Part shown: positions 1 to 9,174 of the stretch, in pieces | How positions within the stretch are numbered: the stretch's first letter is position 1 | Layout of the letters: each line of letters starts with the position of its first letter | Source: Elusimicrobiota bacterium | GTDB lineage: Bacteria > Elusimicrobiota > Elusimicrobia > UBA1565 | Length of the DNA stretch: 36,112 nucleotides | Direction: 5' to 3' | Assembly: GCA_043819795.1 (NCBI GenBank) | Contig: JBDREN010000182.1 | Coordinates: 1-36,112 of the forward strand | Notes under the pieces: generated by a model | The model's database searches: none | Seen by the model: only the letters and a program-made list of their open reading frames with translations | Told to the model about the DNA's origin: nothing | Translations under genes and position numbers: made by a program

Positions 1-128
1 GCCTCTGGCTAGGCGCGAGGAGCGCGCATACCTGTAGGTATGTAAGCGACGAGCAACGACGCCAGAGGCCAAAATCGACTCAGAATCGGGCCTCCAAACG
101 GCAAGGGATTTGTGACTCACTACACTAG
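1..128. mobile_element. MITE-like palindromic element, right part (cut by window start)
   Basis: 1-74 is nearly identical to 6143-6216, and 72-128 matches the right end of the 6095-6409 element. It ends in CACTACACTAG, and the terminal CTAG holds the stop codon of the DUF192 gene. Confidence 0.8.
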
Positions 129-742
129 TCATCGAACTCGAAGCGCTGCCCCTGCTCCAGGCCGTGGCGGCGCGCGGCGCCGGCCGGCAGCTCGAGCACG
201 TAGCGCCCGAACCCCGAGCGGCGAGCCACCCGGCTCTCAGGAGCGCCGGGCTCGGTCCCGGGCACGCCGGCGTGCAGCTCGGTGATCCTCTTCGCCGAGT
301 CCAGGAACACCATGTCGAGCGCCACGTAGGTGTTCTTCATCCAGAACTGCAGCACCTGCTCGCGGGAGAAGACGAAGAGCATCCCGTAGTCCGGATCGAG
401 GCCGGTCCGGAACATCAGGCCGCGCTCCCGCGCGGACGGGGTGCGCGCCACCTCGACGACGATCGTTTCCCCGTCGGGGAACCTCAGCTCCGCTGTGGGG
501 AGCTCCGACCGGGCCGGCGGCTCGGTGGAGGCGAGACGCACCTGCTCGGGAGGGAAAGCATCGGAACGGGCGGGCTCGGGCGCCTGCCCGCCGCAACCCG
601 CCGCGAGCAGCAGGCAGAGGGGGAGCCAGCACCGGGCGCGGAAGCCTTCCACGCCTGGGTCCCGAGGGCAAGGGCCCGAGGGGCGGGAGCCTTCCACGCC
701 CGGGTCCCGCGAGCATGGGCGAGCGGGGCGGAACGCGGACAC
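125..742 (-). CDS. DUF192 family lipoprotein
   Basis: Motifs VEVARTP..RERGLMFR, GMLFVF, FWMKNT..LDMVF and YVLELPAG are typical of DUF192. Lipobox LAAGC. The start is placed at GTG 742, just after the upstream stop, and is uncertain. Confidence 0.85.
   Translation of the reverse strand: MSAFRPARPCSRDPGVEGSRPSGPCPRDPGVEGFRARCWLPLCLLLAAGCGGQAPEPARSDAFPPEQVRLASTEPPARSELPTAELRFPDGETIVVEVARTPSARERGLMFRTGLDPDYGMLFVFSREQVLQFWMKNTYVALDMVFLDSAKRITELHAGVPGTEPGAPESRVARRSGFGRYVLELPAGAARRHGLEQGQRFEFDD
640..730. repeat. Two tandem copies of a ~40-50 bp REP-like repeat (core AGCCTTCCACGCCYGGGTCCCG)
   Basis: Copies at about 640-675 and 680-730. The same core occurs at about 3045-3095 and 9191-9236. Confidence 0.85.
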
Positions 743-746
743 GCCC

Positions 747-1274
747 CTATCCGCCGGAGCCATCCTTGCCGTCTCCGGCATCGGCGGGAGCATCCGGGGG
801 CTCTGTCCATACCGATACCCGCGAGACGGACTCGATCCTCCGCTCCACCTCTTGCGCCAGCTCGACGGCCCGTTCGTAGACCGGATCGTATCGCACGGGC
901 AGGTCCTTCGCGATCTTCCGCAGGCTCTCCTTCTTGGCCCGCTTGGCCGTGAGCTCCGAGAGCCTCTTGCCCGTATCCCGGGCCATCAACGTCAGCTGGA
1001 GGATCTCCAGCCGGTAGTAACCCCGGCGCAGCAGTTCCGCCATATCCGAGGCCGGCGCCGCCGTGGAGACGCCGACGGCCGCCCACGTGGTCGTATCGAA
1101 GACGAGGCTCAGCGCCAGAGACAACGGCGTCAAGTCCGGCTTCTTTTCCTCCTCTTTGGCGCCGCCGCCGAGCAGCCCCGGAGAGACCCCGACCGCGGTC
1201 TCGACCTGTGCCCGGACCGCCTGGAAGCCGGGCAAGAGCAGCCCGGCGAGCACCGCGAGCCTCAGCGCCCTCAC
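747..1274 (-). CDS. Hypothetical secreted protein
   Basis: GTG at 1274 overlaps the dtd stop (GTGA). Signal-peptide-like N-terminus (RALRLAVLAGLLLPGFQAVRA) followed by a charged helical region. Family not recognised. Confidence 0.65.
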   Translation of the reverse strand: MRALRLAVLAGLLLPGFQAVRAQVETAVGVSPGLLGGGAKEEEKKPDLTPLSLALSLVFDTTTWAAVGVSTAAPASDMAELLRRGYYRLEILQLTLMARDTGKRLSELTAKRAKKESLRKIAKDLPVRYDPVYERAVELAQEVERRIESVSRVSVWTEPPDAPADAGDGKDGSGG

Positions 1275-1744
1275 GGTCCAGTCCTCGCCGAGCCGCCGCG
1301 TCCGGAGTCGGAATCGACCCATATCGTGACGGGGCCGTCGTTGACGATCTCTACCTCCATCTTGGCGCCGAACTCCCCGGTGCGCGCGGACACGCCGAGA
1401 CGCTCCAGCTCCTCCACGAAGACCCGGTAGACCCGCTCGGCCCGGTCCGGGGCCATCGCCGCGGTGAAGTCGGGGCGGCGCCCCTTGCGGCAGTCGCCGT
1501 AGAGGGTGAACTGGCTCACCACGAGCGCCTCGCCGCCCACGTCCAAAAGGGATCGGTCGAACTTGCCGGCCTCGTTCGAGAATATCCTGAGGTTCACCGT
1601 CTTCTCGGCCATGCGCCGGGAGAGAGCCTCGTCGTCGCCCGAGCCCACGCCGAGCAGGACGACGAGCCCGGACCCGATCGCCCGGGGCTCGCCGCCGCCC
1701 ACGCGAACAGACGCGCGCGCGACCCTCTGCAATAGAATCCTCAT
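1271..1744 (-). CDS. dtd: D-aminoacyl-tRNA deacylase
   Basis: MRILLQRV start, LRIF, SQFTL, GRRPDF and NDGPVTI motifs. Start trimmed to ATG 1744. Confidence 0.95.
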   Translation of the reverse strand: MRILLQRVARASVRVGGGEPRAIGSGLVVLLGVGSGDDEALSRRMAEKTVNLRIFSNEAGKFDRSLLDVGGEALVVSQFTLYGDCRKGRRPDFTAAMAPDRAERVYRVFVEELERLGVSARTGEFGAKMEVEIVNDGPVTIWVDSDSGRGGSARTGP

Positions 1745-1810
1745 CGGCCGTTCAATTTTAGTATACTTCGGCTCAGGAGCAAAATCCCACCGCGGTTCAA
1801 GGATATTCCC
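1745..1810. promoter_or_regulatory. AT-rich divergent promoter region between dtd and the Lrp-like/ABC operon
   Basis: 66-bp divergent intergenic gap containing the palindrome AGTATACT, which gives TATACT on both strands, and TAAAAT on the minus strand. Confidence 0.45.
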
Positions 1811-2044
1811 ATGGTGACAGGGCTCGTGCTGGTCAGGCTGATGTCGGGCAAGGAGAGGGAGGCTCTCCAAAGGATCAAGGAGACCAAAGGAGTCTCGCAC
1901 GTCTCCGCCGTGTTCGGCCGTTGGGACCTGGTCCTTGACATGGAGACCGAGGACCTTCCCAGCCTCTCCGACATCGTCGTCGAAGACATCCGGTCCATCG
2001 CCGGAGTCCTGTCCACGGAAACCCTGGTCACGACCGCCATCTGA
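1811..2044 (+). CDS. Stand-alone Lrp/AsnC ligand-binding (RAM) domain protein
   Basis: 77 aa with the pattern VSAVFGRWDLVL...IRSIAGVLSTETLV. No HTH domain. Confidence 0.85.
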   Translation: MVTGLVLVRLMSGKEREALQRIKETKGVSHVSAVFGRWDLVLDMETEDLPSLSDIVVEDIRSIAGVLSTETLVTTAI

Positions 2045-3112
2045 ATGCCGGTCGAGCCGATCCTCTCGGTCCGGAACCTCACGACGGAGTTCCGGACCCG
2101 GGGGCATGCCGTCCGCGCCGTCGACGCCCTATCCTACGATCTGCTTCCCGGGAAGACCCTCGCCGTCGTCGGGGAATCCGGCAGCGGGAAGACCGTCTCC
2201 GCGCTCTCCATCCTGCGGCTCCTGCCCGAGCCCCCGGCCCGGGTGGCGGCTGGGGAGATATTCTTCGGAGGCCGGGACCTCTTGAGGCTCCCCGCGGAGG
2301 ACATGCGGCGGATCCGGGGCGATCGCATCGCGATGATCTTCCAGGAGCCCATGACGTCGCTCAACCCCGTCATGCGCGTCGGCGACCAGATCGCCGAGGC
2401 CGTCGTCGAGCACCGGGGCCTCGCCGCGGACGCCGCGGCCGGAAGGGCCGAGATTCTGCTCGGGAAGGTGGGAATCCCGGATCCCGGCGGACGGATGCGC
2501 GACTACCCGCATCAGTTCTCCGGCGGCATGCGCCAGCGCGTCATGATCGCGATGGCCCTCTCCTGCGAGCCCGACATTCTGATCGCCGACGAGCCCACGA
2601 CCGCTCTCGACGTGACGATCCAGGCCCAGATCCTCGAGCTCATCAGGCGGCTGCAAAGCGAGCTGCGCATGGCGCTGCTCCTGATCACCCACAACATCGG
2701 GGTCGTCGCCGAGATGGCCGACGACATCGTCGTCATGTACGCCGGCCGGGCCGTGGAGAAGGCGCCCGCCGAGACCGTCTTCCGCTCCTGCCGCCACCCC
2801 TACACGCGCGCTCTCCTGGACTCCGTCCCATCGATCTACACGCGCAAGCAGCGCCTCACCGCGATCCCCGGACAGCCGCCGGACCTAGCCCTGGCCGGGC
2901 CGGCGGCCGGCTGCCCCTTCGCTCCGCGCTGCGCCGAGGCGCTCGAGCGCTGCGCCCGCGAGGATCCTCCCGAGTACGTCCTCTCGGGGACGCACATGTC
3001 CAACTGCTGGCTCTGTGAAGGCTCCGCGAGCGAGCGCCGGCGGCGGGGCGGGAGCCTTCCACTCCCGGGTCCCGCGAGCCAGGGCGAGCGGGGGGCCCCG
3101 GCCGCGCTATGA
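2045..3112 (+). CDS. oppD: Peptide ABC transporter ATP-binding protein (OppD/DppD-like)
   Basis: Walker [39 protein letters not shown] and a C-terminal Cys-rich oligoHPY domain. Confidence 0.93.
   Translation: MPVEPILSVRNLTTEFRTRGHAVRAVDALSYDLLPGKTLAVVGESGSGKTVSALSILRLLPEPPARVAAGEIFFGGRDLLRLPAEDMRRIRGDRIAMIFQEPMTSLNPVMRVGDQIAEAVVEHRGLAADAAAGRAEILLGKVGIPDPGGRMRDYPHQFSGGMRQRVMIAMALSCEPDILIADEPTTALDVTIQAQILELIRRLQSELRMALLLITHNIGVVAEMADDIVVMYAGRAVEKAPAETVFRSCRHPYTRALLDSVPSIYTRKQRLTAIPGQPPDLALAGPAAGCPFAPRCAEALERCAREDPPEYVLSGTHMSNCWLCEGSASERRRRGGSLPLPGPASQGERGAPAAL
3045..3095. repeat. REP-like repeat copy inside the 3' end of oppD
   Basis: GGGGCGGGAGCCTTCCACTCCCGGGTCCCGCGAGCCAGGGCGAGCGGGG matches the copy at 680-730. 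Confidence 0.85.
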
Positions 3113-4143
3113 ACGGAGCGGACGCCGCGCCGCTGCTTGAACTCCGCGGGCTCAAGAAGCATTTCCCGGTCGCCCCCGCGAGCCTCTTCGGCGAAACGCG
3201 CTCCGTGAAGGCCGTCGACGGGGTATCGTTCGCCGTGCGCCGAGGCGACACCTTCGGCCTCATCGGCGAGTCCGGGTGCGGCAAGACCACGCTCGGCCGC
3301 GTGGCCCTCGCGCTCGAGCGGCCGACGGCCGGCGAGGTCCTCTACGAGGGACGCGACGTCTTCGGGCTGCCCGCCCGGGAGCTGCGCCGGCTCCGGCGCG
3401 AGATCCAGGTCATCTTTCAGGACCCCTACTCGAGCCTGAACCCTCGCATGAGCGTGGAGCAGATTCTGACCGAGCCCTTCATCATCCACGGGATGATCCC
3501 GGACCCCCGGCAGCGCTCGAAGCGCGTCCGGGAGCTGCTCGATGTCGTGGGCTTGAGCAAGGGCCACCTCGGCCGCTTCCCGCACGAGTTCTCCGGGGGG
3601 CAGCGCCAGCGCGTCGGCATCGCGCGGGCTCTCGCCTTGAGGCCCCGGCTGATCGTCTGCGACGAGCCGGTCTCGGCCCTCGACGTCTCCATCCAGGCCC
3701 AGATCCTCAACCTCCTGCAGGACCTGCAGGGTGAGTTCAGCCTGACCTACCTCTTCATCGCCCACGACTTCTCGGTCGTCCGGCACCTGTGCAACCGAGT
3801 GGGCGTTATGTACCTGGGCCGCATCGTGGAACTCGGCGAGACCGAGGAGCTCTTCGAAGACCCCCAGCACCCCTACACCGAAGCGCTGCTTTCGGCGGTC
3901 CCGGTGCCCGACCCGGGCGTCGAGAAGAAGCGCGCGCGCATCCTGCTGACGGGCGACGTGCCGAGCCCCCTGACGCCCCCCGCCGGCTGCCGGTTCCATC
4001 CGCGCTGCCGCTACGCGCTCGCCCCCTGCCGGACCGACGCGCCGCCTCTCGAGGAGGTCCGTCCCGGGCACCGGTCGGCCTGCCCGGTGCGGCCCTTCGG
4101 CTCCAAGCCCAGCGTGGCGGCCCTGGTCGAGGACGCCGCATGA
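3109..4143 (+). CDS. oppF: Peptide ABC transporter ATP-binding protein (OppF/DppF-like)
   Basis: [50 protein letters not shown] overlap with the upstream gene. Confidence 0.93.
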   Translation: MNGADAAPLLELRGLKKHFPVAPASLFGETRSVKAVDGVSFAVRRGDTFGLIGESGCGKTTLGRVALALERPTAGEVLYEGRDVFGLPARELRRLRREIQVIFQDPYSSLNPRMSVEQILTEPFIIHGMIPDPRQRSKRVRELLDVVGLSKGHLGRFPHEFSGGQRQRVGIARALALRPRLIVCDEPVSALDVSIQAQILNLLQDLQGEFSLTYLFIAHDFSVVRHLCNRVGVMYLGRIVELGETEELFEDPQHPYTEALLSAVPVPDPGVEKKRARILLTGDVPSPLTPPAGCRFHPRCRYALAPCRTDAPPLEEVRPGHRSACPVRPFGSKPSVAALVEDAA

Positions 4144-5132
4144 AGAAGGTCCTCGACGTCGAGAACCTCGCGACGGAGTTCCACGTGGAAGCGGGCGTAG
4201 CCCGGGCCGTGGACGGCATCTCCTTCGACCTCGCGGAGGGGGAGACGCTGGGCCTGGTCGGCGAGTCCGGATCGGGGAAATCGGTCACCGCCCTTTCGCT
4301 GATGCGGCTGGTGCCCGATCCCCCGGGCCGGATCGTGGGCGGCTCTCGGATCCGCGTCGCCGGCAGGGACGTCCTCGCCCTCTCCGAGCCGCAGATGCAG
4401 CGCGTGCGGGGCTCGGAGATCGCGATGATCTTCCAGGACCCGATGACGGCTCTCAACCCCGTATTCACCGTCGGCAATCAGCTCCGCGAGGTCCTCGCCC
4501 GCCACCAGGGGCTCGCGCCCAAGCGCGCGCGCGCGCGCGCCGTCGAGCTGCTTGAGATGGTCGGCATCCCGGCTCCCGACAAGCGCGTGGACGAGTACCC
4601 GCACCAGCTCTCGGGCGGCATGCGCCAGCGGGCCATGATCGCGATGGCGCTCTCGTGCAACCCAAAGGTCCTCATCGCCGACGAGCCGACGACCGCGCTC
4701 GACGTCACGATCCAGGCGCAGATCCTCGAGCTGATCAACATGCTCCAGAAGAAGATCGGCATGGCCACGATCCTCATTACCCACGACCTCGCCGTGGTGG
4801 CCGAGACCTGCGACCGCGTGCTCGTGATGTACTGCGGCCGGATCGTCGAGGGAGGGGGAGTCTTCGAGCTCTTCGCCGGCCCCAGGCATCCCTACACGAA
4901 GGGGCTCATCGACTCGATCCCCAGGATCGACGACGCGGCCAAGGAAGAGCGCAAGGAGCTCAACGCCATCCCCGGCATGGTCCCCGACATCCACGACCTG
5001 CCGGATGGATGCCGCTTCGCGGACCGCTGCTTCAAGGCGTCCGAGCGCTGCCGGAGGGAGGACCCCGGGCTGCGCGACCTCGGCGGGGGCCGCGCGGCCG
5101 CCTGCCTATTCCCGCTGGGAGGCGACTCGTGA
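4140..5132 (+). CDS. oppD: Second OppD/DppD-like ATP-binding protein
   Basis: ATG 4140 overlaps the upstream stop (MKKVLDV). [28 protein letters not shown]. Confidence 0.93.
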   Translation: MKKVLDVENLATEFHVEAGVARAVDGISFDLAEGETLGLVGESGSGKSVTALSLMRLVPDPPGRIVGGSRIRVAGRDVLALSEPQMQRVRGSEIAMIFQDPMTALNPVFTVGNQLREVLARHQGLAPKRARARAVELLEMVGIPAPDKRVDEYPHQLSGGMRQRAMIAMALSCNPKVLIADEPTTALDVTIQAQILELINMLQKKIGMATILITHDLAVVAETCDRVLVMYCGRIVEGGGVFELFAGPRHPYTKGLIDSIPRIDDAAKEERKELNAIPGMVPDIHDLPDGCRFADRCFKASERCRREDPGLRDLGGGRAAACLFPLGGDS

Positions 5133-6103
5133 GCGAGCCGCTCCTCGAAATCCGGAGCCTCACCAAGCACTTCCCCGTCCACGGGGGCGTGTTCCGGCGG
5201 GTAGTGGGGCATGTCCACGCGGTCAACGGCGTGAGCTTCTCGCTGAGCAAAGGCGAGACCCTCGGCCTTGTCGGCGAATCCGGCTGCGGCAAGTCCACGC
5301 TCGGCCGGACCGTCATCCGGCTCTACGACGTCACCAGCGGAAACATCGTGTTCCAGGGCCGCGACATCGCGCGCCTCGGAGACCGGCAGCTCATCGGCGT
5401 GCGGCGGGAGATGGCCATGATCTTCCAGGACCCGTACGCGAGCCTCAACCCCCGCATGACGGTGGCGGACATCATCCGCGCCCCGATGCGGACCCACGGC
5501 GTGGGATCGGCGGCGGAGCGCGCCGAGCGCGTGGCCGAGCTCCTGGAGATCGTGGGGCTGCGCGCGAAGATGGCCAACCGCTACCCGCACGAGTTCTCCG
5601 GGGGGCAGCGCCAGCGCATCGGGATCGCCCGGGCCCTGATCCTGAAGCCGAAGCTGGTCATCGCCGACGAGCCGGTCTCGGCCCTGGACGTCTCGATCCA
5701 GGCCCAGGTGATCAACCTGATGGCGCGGCTGAAGGACACGTTCCAGCTCACCTACATCTTCATCGCGCACGATCTGGCGGTCGTCGAGCACATCAGCACC
5801 ACGGTGGCCGTCATGTACCTGGGGCACATCGTGGAGAAGGCCTCCGCGAGGGCCCTGTACGCCGGCCCGAAGCACCCGTACACGAAAGCGCTCATCGCCT
5901 CGATCCCGATCGCGGACCCGAGGAAGCGCTCGAAGAAGGAGAGCCTCGAGGGCGACGTCCCGAGCCCCATCCAGCCCCCGCCCGGCTGCGTGTTCCACAC
6001 CCGCTGTCCCATCGCGGAGGAGCGCTGCCGCCGCGAAGCGCCCGCGGTCCGGAACATGGCCGGCGGAAAGGAGGAGCATCTCGTCGCATGCCATCTAGTG
6101 TAG
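5129..6103 (+). CDS. oppF: Second OppF/DppF-like ATP-binding protein
   Basis: GTG 5129 overlaps the upstream stop. [28 protein letters not shown]. The stop codon lies within the MITE-like terminus. Confidence 0.93.
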   Translation: MSEPLLEIRSLTKHFPVHGGVFRRVVGHVHAVNGVSFSLSKGETLGLVGESGCGKSTLGRTVIRLYDVTSGNIVFQGRDIARLGDRQLIGVRREMAMIFQDPYASLNPRMTVADIIRAPMRTHGVGSAAERAERVAELLEIVGLRAKMANRYPHEFSGGQRQRIGIARALILKPKLVIADEPVSALDVSIQAQVINLMARLKDTFQLTYIFIAHDLAVVEHISTTVAVMYLGHIVEKASARALYAGPKHPYTKALIASIPIADPRKRSKKESLEGDVPSPIQPPPGCVFHTRCPIAEERCRREAPAVRNMAGGKEEHLVACHLV

Positions 6104-6409
6104 TGAATCATAAATCCCTTGACATTTGGGCGGTCGATTTTGGCCTCTGGCTAGGCGCGAGGAGCGCGCATACCGTTAGGTATGTAAGCGACGAGCAACG
6201 ACGCCAGAGGCCAAAAGCGCCCGCCCCCTTCCTCCTTGAGTTTCGCTGCGGACAGCAGCGAAACGCTATGGGAAGGGGAAGCCCGATCCTGGCCGATTTC
6301 CACGTTGCTCCTCAGTTACAATGCTCCAGCATTGCGCCCTCGTCGCGCCTCGAAATCGACTCAGGCTCGGGCCTCCAAATGGCAAGGGATTTATGATTCA
6401 CTACACCAG
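6095..6409. mobile_element. MITE-like element, 315 bp, with ~35-bp terminal inverted repeats and three internal stem-loops
   Basis: Left end CTAGTGTAGTGAATCATAAATCCCTTGACATTTGG, right end CCAAATGGCAAGGGATTTATGATTCACTACACCAG (33/35 complementary). Second copy at 1-128. No transposase. Confidence 0.85.
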
Positions 6410-8210
6410 TGTGACCCCCAAGACCGCCGCGGCGCTCGCGCTCGCCCTGGCGCTGAGCGCGGCCTGCTCCAAGAAGGACGACGGGGCGGGCAAGAAGGTC
6501 CTGAATATCGGCGCCGTGGCCGTGGCCGGCTCATCCGACCCCAACAGCCTGGCCTCGATGTACGACCTGGACCTGGCGAACTTGGTGTACGACACGCTCT
6601 ACGAATACGAGTACCTGGTCCGCCCGTACAAGCTGCGCCCGGCCATGGCCGAGGGCATGCCCGAGGTCTCGAAAGACCGCCTCACCTACACGATCAAGAT
6701 CAAGCCCGGCCTGCGCTACATCGACGACCCGTGCTTCGAGGCCACGGGCGGGAAAGGACGCCAGGCCGTGGCGCGGGACTTCATCACCAACCTTTACAGG
6801 AAGGCCGACATCAAGTCGCGCTCCACGAGCTGGTGGCTCGTCGCCGACCGCATCGCGGGGCTCGACGAGCTGCGCGCGAGATACCGGGACGAGGAGTTCG
6901 ACTACGACGCGAAGATCCCCGGGCTCGTGGCCGTCGACGACCATACCCTGCGGATCAAGCTGAAGAAGCCCTTCCCGCAGATCATGTGGATCCTCGCCAT
7001 GCCGGGGACGGCCCTCTACCCTCTCGAGTGCGCGCGGCACTATGGGGAGGACTTCGCCAACCATCCGGTCGGCACCGGGCCCTTCCGCCTGGCCGAGTGG
7101 CAGAAGAACGCGAAGTACACCCTGGTCCGCAATGAAAAGTACCGGACGGACACCTACCCGGCCGAGGGAACCGAAGAGGACCGGAAGGCCGGACGCCTGA
7201 AGGACGCGGGCAAGCGCCTCCCGTTGGCCGACAAGGTCGTGGTGCACGAGTTCTCCCAATCCCAGCCCTACTGGCTGCAGTTCCGCGTGGGAAGGCTCGC
7301 CTGGGGCCGCGTGCCGGGCGAGTTCACCGAGGACGTGTTCAAGATCGAGAGCCGGAAGGGGAACCTCCGCATCTGGCAAAAGAACGAGAAGGGCGAGCGC
7401 ATTCTGACCGACTCCTACGCGAGGAGGTATGTCTACCACCCGCTTCCGCTCCTGGACTTCATCTACCACGGCTTCAACTGCGAGGACCCGGTCGTGGGGG
7501 GGGAGAAGGGCAGGAAGCTCCGCCAGGCCATCTCGCTGGCCCACGACATCGAGGAGGAGAACAACCTCTTCTACAGCGGCCTCAACAAGGTCTACGCGGG
7601 CATCATCCCGCCCGGCGTCAACGGCTTCGACCCCGAGGTCGAGAACCCCTATAAGGGCCCGGACGTCGAGCGGGCCAAGGAGCTCCTGGCCGAGGCCGGC
7701 TATCCCGGCGGCGAGGGGCTGCCCGCGATCCAGCTCTGCGGCGGCGAGGGCGCGCGCTCGATGGTGCAGGCGGCGTTCTTCATCCGCAACGTCAAGAAAA
7801 TCGGCGTCAACATCCGCTTCGAGGCCATGCGCTTCGCGGAGCTCTCCCAGAAGATCAAGCAGCGGCGCTGCCAGATGATGGGGCTCGCCTGGGGCGGCGA
7901 CTGGCCGGACGCCCAGAACTTCGTCCAGCTCGTCTACGGCCCGAACAAGGCGCCGGGCTCCAACGGCACGAACTACGACAACCCGGCCGTGAACAGGCTC
8001 TACGAGAGGGCCGCGGTCATGCCCGAATCGCCGGGGCGTAGCGTCCTGTTTCAAGAGATCAACGCCATGGTCATAGAGGACGTGCCCTTCATCGGCTCCA
8101 TGGCCCGGACGCGGGACTACCTGATCCCGCACGGCACCCTGAACTTCAAACCCGAGGAGATGATCCACAACCACGCGAAGTACATCCACCTCAAAAATTG
8201 GGAAGAGTGA
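6393..8210 (+). CDS. oppA: Peptide ABC transporter substrate-binding lipoprotein (SBP family 5)
   Basis: Lipobox LSAAC, VYDTLYEY, PVGTGPF, WGGDWPDAQNF. Start is ATG 6393 (inside the MITE inverted repeat) or GTG 6411. Confidence 0.9.
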   Translation: MIHYTSVTPKTAAALALALALSAACSKKDDGAGKKVLNIGAVAVAGSSDPNSLASMYDLDLANLVYDTLYEYEYLVRPYKLRPAMAEGMPEVSKDRLTYTIKIKPGLRYIDDPCFEATGGKGRQAVARDFITNLYRKADIKSRSTSWWLVADRIAGLDELRARYRDEEFDYDAKIPGLVAVDDHTLRIKLKKPFPQIMWILAMPGTALYPLECARHYGEDFANHPVGTGPFRLAEWQKNAKYTLVRNEKYRTDTYPAEGTEEDRKAGRLKDAGKRLPLADKVVVHEFSQSQPYWLQFRVGRLAWGRVPGEFTEDVFKIESRKGNLRIWQKNEKGERILTDSYARRYVYHPLPLLDFIYHGFNCEDPVVGGEKGRKLRQAISLAHDIEEENNLFYSGLNKVYAGIIPPGVNGFDPEVENPYKGPDVERAKELLAEAGYPGGEGLPAIQLCGGEGARSMVQAAFFIRNVKKIGVNIRFEAMRFAELSQKIKQRRCQMMGLAWGGDWPDAQNFVQLVYGPNKAPGSNGTNYDNPAVNRLYERAAVMPESPGRSVLFQEINAMVIEDVPFIGSMARTRDYLIPHGTLNFKPEEMIHNHAKYIHLKNWEE

Positions 8211-8223
8211 TCCACATAAGCCT

Positions 8224-9174
8224 ATGCTGACGTATGTCGCGCGAAAGTTCCTGACCATGATCCCGACCCTCTTTGGGGTCTCGGTCCTGGTCTTCGTCAT
8301 CTTCAATATCATCGGCGACGACCCGGTCTACCTTTATCTGGGGAAGAACGCCACGATAGAGGACGTCCTGGCCCTGCGCCAGCAGCTCGGCCTGGACCGC
8401 TCGCTCCCCGTGCAGTACCTGCGGGGGATGAAAGAGCTTCTGACCCTCGATCTCGGCTACTCCCTCTCATCCAACCAGAAGGTCTCGCAGATGTTCCTGG
8501 AGGGGATGGGGCCGTCGATCGCGATCACGCTGCCGGCGCTGGTGCTCTACTCCGGGCTTTCGGTCATCCTCGGCCTGGTCTGCGCCTACTGGCGCGGGAC
8601 GATCATCGACAAGCTGATCATCATCGGCGCGACCGTCGGCATGGCGATCTCCTACGTGGCCGTCATGATCTTCGGCCAGTACTTCCTGGCCTTCCTCCCG
8701 TACGAGCACGGCTTCAAGGTCTTCGAGATCACCGGCTACGAGCGGGGCTTCCCCGACTGCGTCAAGTACATCCTCCTGCCGAACCTCATCTCGGTCTTCG
8801 TGGCCCTGGGCTACAACACCCGGTTCTTCCGATCGGTCGCGGTCGAGGAGATGAGCCGCGACTACATCCGCACCGCGAAGGCCTACGGGGCGGGCACGCG
8901 CACGATCCTGTTCAAGCACGTGCTCAGGAACATCCTGCCCCCCATCATCGCGCGCGACGTCGTCACGCTTCCCTTCCTCATCACGGGCTCGTTTTTGCTC
9001 GAGTCGTTCTTCGCCATCCCGGGCCTGGGATTCAAGCTGCTGCACGCGATCCAGAGCGCCGACTTTCAGGTCATCAAGACGTTCACGATGCTGATCGCGC
9101 TCCTCGTGGTCGTGACCAACACGGTCGCCGACATCCTCAACAGCATCGCGGACCCGAGGGTGAAGCTGGGATGA
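8224..9174 (+). CDS. oppB: Peptide ABC transporter permease (OppB-like)
   Basis: LGLDRSLPVQY, DLGYS, DYIRTAKAYG (EAA loop), ESFFAIPGLG, DPRV. Confidence 0.92.
   Translation: MLTYVARKFLTMIPTLFGVSVLVFVIFNIIGDDPVYLYLGKNATIEDVLALRQQLGLDRSLPVQYLRGMKELLTLDLGYSLSSNQKVSQMFLEGMGPSIAITLPALVLYSGLSVILGLVCAYWRGTIIDKLIIIGATVGMAISYVAVMIFGQYFLAFLPYEHGFKVFEITGYERGFPDCVKYILLPNLISVFVALGYNTRFFRSVAVEEMSRDYIRTAKAYGAGTRTILFKHVLRNILPPIIARDVVTLPFLITGSFLLESFFAIPGLGFKLLHAIQSADFQVIKTFTMLIALLVVVTNTVADILNSIADPRVKLG

Noticed and set aside
4523..4540. (GC)9 dinucleotide run as a phase-variation tract
   Set aside because: It encodes RARARA in an intact ATPase. Such runs are expected in high-GC DNA and there is no sign of a frameshift.
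6119..6147. TTGACA in the MITE left end as a promoter for oppA
   Set aside because: There is no plausible -10 hexamer 16-18 bp downstream.
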